From positions 372,001 to 436,000 of the forward strand of contig CM022667.1 of NCBI GenBank assembly GCA_012295275.1: a stretch of DNA of 64,000 nt, given 5' to 3'. The notes beneath the pieces were generated by a model, which saw only the letters and a program-made list of their open reading frames with translations, did no database searches and was not told where the DNA came from. Both the position numbers and the translations under genes were made by a program. Positions 52,701 through 64,000 of the stretch are shown one piece after another. Source of the DNA: Chrysomallon squamiferum (Eukaryota; Animalia; Mollusca). The stretch's first letter is position 1; the number at the start of each line of letters is the position of its first letter.

Positions 52701-55700
52701 TGAATAAAACTGGTAGGTTTCAGCTGCTTCAATTACATCCTCTGATATTCTTGCCCATGCAATTGCTCCAGTCTGTAATCTTCATTACTGTTGTTGTTTT
52801 GTTTTATTACTGTTTTTAATTGTTTTTTTTTATTATTGTTTTTTTGTTTATTAATTTTATAAGATATATATCTTTCAACAAAACATACAGTATTATTTAT
52901 TTTAATATTCTTTCATTAATATTTATAGATGGTTGTTGCACTGGTTGCAACATTAGAGGACACTGATCATTTTTTGTTTTTACCGAGTTGCTCTTCTGTT
53001 ATAGATTTATTGTGAAATAAAGTTGATTGTCCTAACACTGTCTCAGATCATGTAATTTGATATTCCTCTATTTATTGAAAATCCGATTTCTGTGTCACTT
53101 TTTGTAGCATGTTGTCCTAAAAGTTCAACAAAACAGTTTATGAATATCATTTTATTTCTTAGTTCTTTTTTCTGTAATAGATTTATAATTTATTGCAAAA
53201 TGTTTATAACAGAAATTCAGATGTACTGGGGTGGTGAATGTTAGTAGTTTATTTAATTAGTAATTCTGAGATAACCGTTTTAAAGCTTTATCAGTAACAT
53301 TTTGTCTCCATATTCTTTTTCATGAAACTTCAGAAAACCAAGCACTGACTAACTCAAACAATTGATATGCTCCGAAGGATTTTCATTTTAGAGAAGTTTC
53401 TCTATATTTTCTAGCAGTTTTATCAAGGTGAATGTCATCTGTAAATGTCATATATTTCATATGTAGAAACTCAAATATAGTATTATTTTTTTGTATTACT
53501 ATTTATTTTATTTTTTCCCCTTTATATCCGAGAATTATGAAACAATGATGTTGTTCTACAGATAGCTGAAGTTTGGTCTTGTTATAAAAGAAAGGACAAA
53601 AACAGTTTAATATTATGTTCCTGAATATATGATCTTCAGATCCACATTTATGCATGGATAAATTGTGTTAGTTCTGCTCTTCTGTAAGAGATTTTTTGGT
53701 AAAATTATTGAAATATGTGGTCCTAAATTCTTTGTCAAACCTGTGATATTATTTCAGTGTTTGATATTCAAATCAAACATAGTGATCTAGATTACTTTTC
53801 CATTTAGAACAGAAAGGTATTAACCCTTTCATAATCCTCTTTTCTGTAATAGATTTATAATTTACTTATCGCAGTCTTATATCAGATCTGGTTGTAAAAT
53901 GATTAAAGTATGTAGTTGTTTTCCTTATATTAATGTGAGTAAAACTGGTAGTTCGTAGCTTCGTCTTCACACATTCCAGTTTATAGCTTCTCCAATATCG
54001 CTTTCCAACAGCTGTAATATTTACCTTTTTTTTATTTTTTTTTATTTCAATCACATACATATTCAAATCAAATAGTGATCTAAATTACTTTTCTATTCAG
54101 AACAGAAAAGTATTAACCTTTTCGGATGGCTTCTTATTGCAAGTATTTATCAGGTTTTAAAACTAAATAGTTTGTAAATTCATTTTATTTCATAATCCTC
54201 TTTTCTGTAATAGATTTATAATTTACTTATCGCAGTCTTATATCAGATCTGTAAAATGATTGTAGTATGTAGTTGTTTTCCTTATATTAATGTGAGTAAA
54301 ACTGGTAGTTCGTAGCTTTGTCTTCACACATTCCAGTTTATAGTTTCTCCAATGTCGCTTTCCAACAGCTGTAATATTTACTGTTTTTTACTTTTTTTTT
54401 ATTTCAATCAGATACATATTCAAATCAAATAGTGATCTAAATTACTTTTCTATTCAGTACAAGAAAGTAATAACTACTTCAGATGGCTACTTATTGCAAG
54501 TATTTATCAGGTTTTAAAACTAATTGTTTATAAATATCTTTTTATTTCTTAGGTCTTTTTTCTGTAATAGAATTACAATTTATTGCAAAATGGTTGCAGC
54601 ATGTGGTCCTAAAAAGTTCCAGAAAACATGCAAAATGATTTAATTTGATTTTCCTCTGTTGAATTTTGTAGATTATTATGGCACTGATTTTGATATTTAT
54701 GAAGATGAATGTGATGGCACTGATTTTGATATTATAGACATGGCTTAAATATTGTCAAATCTGGTTGTCTGTTAAAGATTTATTGTAAAATGATTCAAGT
54801 ATGTAGTTCTTTTACTGATATTACAAGTATTTATCAGGTTTTAAAACTAAGTAGTTTATAAATTCATTTTATTTCATAACCCTCTTTTCTGTAATAGATT
54901 TATAATTGATTGGAAACTGATTGTTGCATTTTGTCCTAAAATGTTCAACAAAAGATGCAAAATGATGGTACTGATTTTGATATCATAGACATGGCTGTAT
55001 ATTGTCTGTAATAGATTTATTCTAAAATCATTGAAGTGCATGGTTCTTTCACTTAAACTGATGTGAGTAAAACTGGTAGGTTTCAGCTGCTCCTATTACA
55101 TCCTCTGATATTCTAGCCCAAGCAATGGTTCCTGTCTGTAATCTTCATTACTGTTCTTGGTTTTTTTTTTTTTTTTTTCAATTTAATAAAATATATATCT
55201 TCCAATTAACATACAATATTCTTTCATTAATATTTATAGATGGTTGTTGCACTGGTTTCAACATTACAGGACATTGATCATTTTTTGTTTTTACCGAGTT
55301 GCTCTTCTGTTATAGATTTATTGTGAAATAAAGTTGATTGTCCTAACACTGTCTCAGATCATGTAATTTGATATTCCTCTATTGATTTAGAAACCGATTT
55401 CTGTGTCACTTTTTGTAGCATGTTGTCCTAAAAGTTCAACAAAACAGTTTATGAATATCATTTTATTTCCTTGTTCTTTTTTCTGTAATAGATTTATAAT
55501 TTATTGCAAAATGTTTGTAGCAGAAATTCACATGAACTGGGGTGGTGAATGTTAGTAGTTTATTTAATTAGTAATTCTGAGATAACCGTTTTAAAGCTTT
55601 ATCAGTAACATTTTGTCTCCATATTCTTTTTCGTGAAACTTCAGAAAACCAAGCACTCACTAAGTCAAACAATTGATATGCTCCCAAGGATTTTCATTTT

Positions 55701-58700
55701 AGAGAAGTTTCTCTGTATTTTCTAGCAGTTTTATCAAGGTGAATGTCATCTGTAAATGTCATATTATTCATATGTAGATACTCAAATATACTATTATTTT
55801 TTGTATTAGTATTTATTTTATTTTTTCCCCTTTATATCCGAGAATTACTAAACAATTGATTTTGTTCTGCTGATAGCTGATGTTTGGTCTTGTTATAAAA
55901 GAAAGGATAAAAATAATTTAATATGATTTTCCTGTATATACGTTCTTCTGATCCATTTTTCTAAATGGATAAATTGTGTTAGTTCTGCTCTTCTGTAATA
56001 GATTTTTTGGTAAAATTATTGAAATATGTGGTCCTAAATTCTTCGTCAGACCTGTGACATTATTTCATATCAAACATAGTGATCTAAATTACTTTTCTAT
56101 TCAGAACAGAAAAGTATTAACCCTTTCAGATGGCTAATTGCAAGTATTTATCAGGTTTTAAAACTAAATCGTTCATAAATTCATTTGATTTCATAACCCT
56201 CTTTTCTGTAATGGATTTATAATTTAATGGAAAATGATTGTTGCATTTGGTCCTAAAAAGTTCAACAAAACATGCAAAATTATTTCATTTGATTTTCCTC
56301 TTGATTTTTGTAGATAATTGTGTCACTAATTTTGATATTTATGAAGATGAATGTGATGGCACTGATTTTGATATCATAGACATGGTTGTATATTGTCTGT
56401 AATAGATTTATTGTAAAATGATTGAAGTACGTGGTTCTTTGATTTAAACTAATGTGAATAAAACTGGTAGGTTTCAGCTGCTTCTATTACATCCTCTGAT
56501 ATTCTAGCCCACGCAATTGCTCCAGTCTGTAATCTTCATTACTGTTGTTGTTTTGTTTTATTATTGTTTTTAATTTTTTTTTTATTATTGTTTTTTTGTT
56601 TTTTTTATTTTATAAAATATATATCTTCCAACAAAACATACAGTATTATTTATTTTAATATTCTTTCATTAATATTTATAGATGGTTGTTGCACTGGTTT
56701 CAACATTAGAGGACACTGATCATTTTTTGTTTTTACCGAGTTGCTCTTCTGTTGTAGATTTATTGTGAAATAAAGTTGATTGTCCTAACACTGTCTCAGA
56801 TCATGTAATTTGCTATTCCTCTGTTTATTCAGATGCCAATTTCTGTGTCACTGTTTGTAGCATTTTGTCCTAAAAAGTTCAACAAAACAGTTTATGAATA
56901 TCATTTTATTTCTTAGTTCTTTTTTCTGTAATAGATTTATAATTTATTGCAAAATGGTTGTAGCATGGTGTCCTAAAAAGTTCAACAAAACATGCAAAAT
57001 GATTTAATTTGATTTTCCTCTATTCGTTTTTGTAGATTATTATGACACTGATTTTGATATAGTCATGGCTGTATATTGTCAAAACGAGTTCTCTGTTAAA
57101 TATGTATTGTGAAATGATTGAAGTATGTAGTTCTTTTACTTTTATTAATGTGGGTAAAACTGGTAGTTCATAGCTACATCTTTACATATTACTGTTTGTA
57201 TCTGCTCCAAGAGCACTTTCCAATTCAGTGGCTGTAATCTTTACTTCGTTGTTGTTTTTTTTTTTTTCAATCAGATACATATGTAATCTATTATCTCACT
57301 AGTTTCTCAATTTTTAGTCCCATTTATTATTATTTTCATTGTAATGAAAACACATTTCTTCTATCAAGTTTTAAATCTAAGTCAAATTATGTATAATATA
57401 TTTATTTTTCATTGATATAAATGTCTAGTTGATATTTTTTACTTGTTTTTTTATTCATTTATTTAATATATATGAATATAATTTTTAATTTTTAATTAAT
57501 TTATTTTTTAAACTGTTTTGCACATAATCTCTTTTCATATCATAAGCTTTAAATCTTACTGATTTCGATTATTGAACAATAATGTTACAATATATTTATT
57601 TCAAGTTATTTTTTATTTGAATTCAGATAGGATTGCTTGAATTAAGTTTCAGATGATTATTCATTGATTCATCATTGGAATAAAAATATATATTTTTTAT
57701 CAAATTTCAGATATAAGTAAAACATTGGTTGTTCAAAACTCAAACGTTAAGTATATTTCTATTCAGTCACTGTTGTTTCTTTTAAAGCAGATATAGACAT
57801 CTAAATGACCTTAAACAAATACCAGCACGGGAATTCTTCATTATAATAAAAATATACATCTTTTATCAAGTTTTAAATGTAAGTAAAATGTGAATTATTA
57901 GAAAATCATAAACATAAAATTGTTTTTCTTTTTCATTTATACTTATTCCTTATCTAAGGACAAACATGATCATCTAATGAATTTTCCATTAGAAAGAATC
58001 AACAGTCTGTGCATCTTGATTGTAATACAAATACAAATCTTTTATCAAGCTTTAAATCTGAGTGAGATGATAGGATAAATCAAAACTACTGACTCATTTT
58101 ACTGCTTCTTATCTCATCTTTACATGTGCAGATCTACATTTCTCTTTATTTAATGATATAAAGTGAAATAATTTGTTGGAATTTTTATTTATTTATTAAT
58201 TTTTGTATCACATCCCAAGTTTTATGTCAGTGTAAAACATGAATCATTGAAAAATCATAAACCATCAATGTGTATTTTTTCAGTTCTGGTTTTTGAAACC
58301 AAATGTAGTAATCTAGATGATTTCCCTCCATTCAACAGAAGCCTAACAGCAGTAGTAGGCCTTTTCATTGCAATAAAAAGTATGTATGCTTTTGTTATTC
58401 AGTTAAGTGCTTTCTGTTTGTGACAGAAATTCACATGTACTGGGGTGTGTGTGCATATTAGTAGTTTATTTAATTAGTAATTCTGAGATAACCGTTTTAA
58501 AGCTTTATCAGTAATATTTTGTCTCCATATTCTTTTTAATGAAACTTCAGAAAACCAAGTACACTAACTCAAACAATTGATATGCTCCCAAGAATTTTCA
58601 TTTTAGAGAAGTTTCTCCATATTTTCTAGCAGTTTTATCAAGGTGAATGTCATCTGTAAATGTCATATATTTCATATGTAGATAGTCAAATATACTATTA

Positions 58701-61700
58701 TTTTTTGTATTACTATTTATTTTATTTTTTCCCCTTTATATCCGAGAATTACGAAACAATTGATTTTGTTCTGCAGATAGCTGATGTTTCGACTTGTTAT
58801 AAAAGAAAGGATAAAAATAATTTAATATGATTTTCCTGTATATACGTTCTTCTGATCCATTTTTCTAAATGGATAAATTGTGTTAGTTCTGCTCTTCTGT
58901 AATAGATTTTTTGGTAAAATTATTGAAATAAGTGGTCCTAAATTCTTCATCAAACCTGTGACATTATTTCAGTGTTTGATATTCAAATCAAACATAGTGA
59001 TCTAAATTACTTTTCTATTCAGAACAGAAAAGTATTAACCCTTTCAGATGGCTTCTTATTGCAAGTATTTATCAGGTTTTAAAACTAAATAGCTTATAAA
59101 TTCATTTTATTTCATAACCCTCTTTTCTGTAATAGATTTATAATTTATTGGAAAATGATTGTTGCATTTGGTCCTGAAAAGTTCAACAAAACATGCAAAA
59201 TTATTTCATTTGATTTTCCTCTGTTGATTTTTGTAGATTATTGTGTCACTAATTTTGATATTTATGAAGATGAATGTGATGGCACTGATTTTGATATAGA
59301 CATGCTGTATATTGTCTGTAATAGATTTATTGTAAAATGATTGAAGTTCATGGTTCTTTGATTTAAACTAATGTGAATAAAACTGGTAGGTTTCAGCTGC
59401 TTCAATTACATCCTCTGATATTCTTGCCCATGCTATTGCTCCAGTCTGTAATCTTCATTACTGTTGTTGTTTTGTTTTATTATTGTTTTTTGTTTTTTAA
59501 TTTTATAAAATATATATCTTCCAACAAAACATACAGTATTATTTATTTTAATATTCTTTCATTAATATTTATAGATGGTTGTTGCACTGGTTTCAACAGT
59601 AGAGGACACTGATCATTTTTTGTTTTTACCGAGTTGCTCTTCTGTTATAGATTTATTGTGAAATAAAGTTGATTGTCCTAACACTGTCTCAGATCATGTA
59701 ATTTGATATTCCTCTATTGATTCAAAAACCTATTTCTGTGTCACTTTTTGTAGCATGTTGTCCTAAAAGTTCAACAAAACAGTTTATGAATATCATTTTA
59801 TTTCCTTGTTCTTTTTTCTGTAATAGATTTATAATTTATTGCAAAATGTTTGTAGCAGAAATTCAGATGTACTGGGGTGGTGAATGTTAGTAGTTTATTT
59901 AATTAGTAATTCTGAGATAACCGTTTTAAAGCTTTATCAGTAACATTTTGTCTCCATATTCTTTTTCATGAAACTTCAGAAAACCAAGGACTCACTAACT
60001 CAAGCAATTGATATGCTCCGAAGGATTTTCATTTTAGAGAAGTTTCTCTATATTTTCTAGCAGTTTTATCAAGGTGAATGTCATCTGTAAATGTCATATA
60101 TTTCATATGTAGATACTCAAATATACTATTATTTTTTGTATTAGTATTTATTTTATTTTTTCCCCTTTATATCCGAGAATTATGAAACGATGTTGTTCTA
60201 CAGATAGCTGAAGTTTGGTCTTGTTATAAAAGAAAGGACAAAAACAATTTAATATTATGTTCCTGAATATATGATCTTCAGATCCACATTTATGCATGGA
60301 TAAATTGTGTTAGTTCTGCTCTTCTGTAAGAGATTTTTGGGTAAAATGTGTGGAAATATGTGGTCCTAAATTCTTTGTCAAACCTGTGATATTATTTCAG
60401 TGTTTGATATTCAAATCAAACATAGTGATCTAGATTACTTTTCCATTTAGAACAGAAAAGTATTAACCCTTTCAGATGGATTCTTATTGCAAGTATTTAT
60501 CAGGTTTTAAAACTAAATAAGTTTATAAATTCATTTTATTTCATAATCCTCTTTTCTTTAATAGATTTATAATTTACTTATCGCAGTCTTATATCAGATC
60601 TGGTTGTAAAATGATTGAAGTATGTAGTTGTTTTCCTTATATTAATGTGAGTAAAACTGGTAGTTCGTAGCTTCGTCTTCACACATTCCAGTTTATAGCT
60701 TCTCCAATATTGCTTTCCAACAGCGGTAATATTTACTTATTTTTTATTTTTTTTATTTTAATCACATACATATTCAAATCAAATAGTGATCTAAATTACT
60801 TTTCTATTCAGTACAAGAAAGTAATATCTACTTCAGATGGCTACTTATTGCAATTATTTATCAGGTTTTAAAACTAAATAGTTTATAAATATCTTTTTAT
60901 TTCTTAGGTCTTTTTTCTGTAATAGAATTACAATTTATTGCAAAATGGTTGCAACATGTGGTCCTAAAAAGTTCCACAAAACATGCAAAATGATTTCATT
61001 TGATTTTGCTCTGTTGAATTTTGTAGATTATTATGGCACTGATTTTGATGTTATAGACATGGCTTAAATATTGTCAAATCTGGTTCTCTATTAAAGATTT
61101 ATTGTAAAATGATTCAAGTATGTAGTTCTTTTACTGATATTACAAGTATTTATCAGGTTTTAAAACTAAGTAGTTTATAAATTCATTTTATTTCATAACC
61201 CTCTTTTCTGTAATAGATTTATAATTTATTGGAAACTGATTGTTGCATTTTGTCCTAAAATGTTCAACAAAACATGCAAAATGATTTTTATGAAGATGAA
61301 TGTGATGGTACTGATTTTGATATCATAGACATGGCTGTATATTGTCTGTAATAGATTTATTCTAAAATCATTGAAGTGCATGGTTCTTTCACTTAAACTG
61401 ATGTGAGTAAAACCGGTAGGTTTCAGCTTATCCTATTACATCCTCTGATACTCTGGCCCAAGCAATGGTTCCTGTCTGTAATCTTCATTACTGTTCTTGG
61501 TTGTTTTTTTTGTTTTTTTTCAGTTATAAAAATATATATCTTCCAATTAACATACAATATTATTTATTTTAATATTCTTTTATTAATATTTATAGATGGT
61601 TGTTGCACTGGTTTCAACATTAGAGGACATTGATCATTTTTTGTTTTTACCGAGTTGCTCTTCTGTTATAGATTTATTGTGAAATAAAGTTGATTGTCCT

Positions 61701-64000
61701 AACACTGTCTCAGATCATGTAATTTGATATTCCTCAATTTATTTAGAACCCTATTTCTATGTCACTTTTTGTAGCATGTTGTCCTAAAAGTTCAACAAAA
61801 CAGTTTATGAATATCATTTTATTTTTTAGTTCTTTTTTCTGTAATAGCTTTATAATTTATTGCAAAATGTTTGTAACAGAAATTCAGATGTACTGGGGTG
61901 GTGAATGTTAGTAGTTTATTTAATTAGTAATTCTGAGATAACCGTTTTAAAGCTTTATCAGTAACATTTTGTCTCCATATTCTTTTTCATGAAACTTCAG
62001 AAAACCAAGCACTCACTAAGTCAAACAATTGATATGCTCCGAAGGATTTTCATTTTAGAGAAGTTTCTCTATATTTTCTAGCAGTTTTATCAAGGTGAAC
62101 GTCATCTGTAAATGTCATATATTTCATATGTAGATACTCAAATATACTATTATTTTTTGTATTACTATTTATTTTATTTTTTCCCCTTTATATCCGAGAA
62201 TTATGAAACAATGATGTTCTACAGATAGCTGAAGTTTGGTCTTGTTATAAAAGAAAGGACAAAAATAATTTAATATTATGTTCCTGAATATATGATCTTC
62301 AGATCCAAATTTTCTAAATGGATAAATTGTGTTACTTCTGCTCTTCTGTAAGAGATTTTTTGGTAAAATTATTGAAATATGTGGTCCTAAATTCTTTGTC
62401 AAACCTGTGATATTATTTCAGTGTTTGATATTCAAATCAAACATAGTGATCTAGATTACTTTTCCATTTAGAACAGAAAAGTATTAACCCTTTCAGATGG
62501 ATTCTTATTGCAAGTATTTATCAGGTTTTAAAACTAAATAAGTTTATAAATTCATTTTATTTCATAATCCTCTTTTCTGTAATAGATTTATAATTTACTT
62601 ATCGCAGTCTTATATCAGATCTGGTTGTAAAATGATTGAAGTATGTAGTTGTTTTCCTTATATTAATGTGAGTAAAACTGGTAGTTCCTAGCTTCGTCTT
62701 CACACATTCCAGTTTATAGCTTCTACGATATCACTTTCCGACAGCTGTAATATTTACTTTTTTTATATTTTTTTTTATTTCAATCACATACGTATTCAAA
62801 TCAAATAGTGATCTAAATTACTTTTCTATTCAGACCAGAAAGTAATAACTACTTCAGATGGCTACTTATTACAAGTATTTATCAGGTTTTAAAACTAAAT
62901 AGTTTATAAATATCTTTTTATTTCTTAGGTCTTTTTTCTGTAATAGATTTACAATTTATTGCAAAATGGTTGTAGCATGTGGTCCTAAAAAGTTCCACAA
63001 AACATGCAAAATGATTTAATTTGATTTTCCTCTGTTGAATTTTGTAGATTATTATGGCACTGATTTTGATATAGACGTGGCTTAAATATTGTCAAATCTG
63101 GTTCTCTGCTAAAGATTTATTGTAAAATGATTCAAGTATGTAGTTCTTTTACTGATATTACAAGTATTTATCAGGTTTTAAAACTAAGTAGTTTATAAAT
63201 TCATTTTATTTCATAACCCTCTTTTCTGTAATAGATTTATAATTGATTGGAAACTGATTGTTGCATTTGGTCCTAAAATGTTCAACAAAACATGCAAAAT
63301 GATTTCATTTGATTTTCCTCTGTTGAATTTTGTAGATTATTGTGGAACTAATTTTGATATTTATGAAGATGAATGTGATGGCACTGATTTTGATATCATA
63401 GACATGGCTGTATATTGTCTGTAATAGCTTTATTCTAAAATCATTGAAGTGCATGGTTCTTTCACTTAAACTGATGTGAGTAAAACTGGTAGGTTTCAGC
63501 TGCTCCTATTACATCCTCTGATACTCTGGCCCAAGCAATGGTTCCTGTCTGTAATCTTCATTACTGTTCTTGTTTTTTTTTGTTTTTTTTCAATTTAATA
63601 AAATATATATCTTCCAATTAACATACAATATTATTTATTTTAATATTCTTTTATTGATATTTATAGATGGTTGTTGCACTGGTTTCAACATTAGAGGATA
63701 TGGATCATTTTTTGTTTTTACCGAGTTGCTCTTCTGTTATAGATTTATTGTGAAATAAAGTTGATTGTCCTAACACTGTCTCAGATCATGTAATTTGATA
63801 TTCCTCTATTTATTCAATCAGAAATTTCTGGGTCACTGTTTTCCAAATTAAAGTTTATGAATACATTTTATTTCTCAGTTTCTCTCTTCTGTGTTAGTTT
63901 TGTAATTTATATCGAAGTGATTGAAGTATGTGGTTCCAAAGAGTTGAAAGAAACATGAAATCATTTAATTTGAAATTCGCAGATTATTGTGGCACTGATG
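46770..64000. repeat. Complex hierarchical satellite array: 8 macro-units with anchor spacing 1.4-2.9 kb, built from diverged sub-monomers; runs off the window end
   Basis: Anchor GAGATAACCGTTTTAAAGCTT at 48723, 50168, 51826, 53268, 55579, 58485, 59914, 61935. Core TTCTGTAATAGATTTA recurs many times per unit. A ~1-kb spacer at 47720-48660 is repeated at 57480-58420. Confidence 0.95.

Noticed and set aside
49120-63758. Recurrent short ORFs in the satellite (e.g. YCVTNFDIYEDECDGTDFDI) as a gene family
   Set aside because: Copies differ by frameshifting indels and stops; they are by-products of the repeat.
48650-64000. CRISPR-like array or snoRNA cluster
   Set aside because: Eukaryotic context; the sequences between cores are themselves repeated rather than unique spacers; no consistent C/D or H/ACA architecture seen.

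Overview
AT-rich, microsatellite-laden invertebrate animal genomic DNA. A mollusc, probably an octopod cephalopod, is my inference from composition and a SINE-like relic. Five protein-coding genes were spliced by hand with phase-consistent GT-AG junctions: 5'-truncated MEAK7/TLDC1 (+), FITM (+, intronless CDS), GDAP1 (-), par-6 (-), and a telomeric shelterin TPP1/ACD homolog (+) that the ORF track largely misses because its OB fold is split over small exons. A hierarchical satellite array fills ~46.8-64 kb. Main points: (1) the TPP1 frame breaks at an A6 run (45275-45280), just before a long imperfect hairpin, and the TIN2-binding-like motif lies in the -1 frame. This is either an assembly indel (most parsimonious) or a recoding switch reminiscent of yeast EST3. 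(2) The gene pairs match human neighbourhoods: ACD head-to-head with PARD6, and FITM tail-to-tail with GDAP1. (3) The expanded TPP1 linker carries clustered SIM-like and SQ/TQ motifs. All homolog comparisons are from memory; no searches were run.
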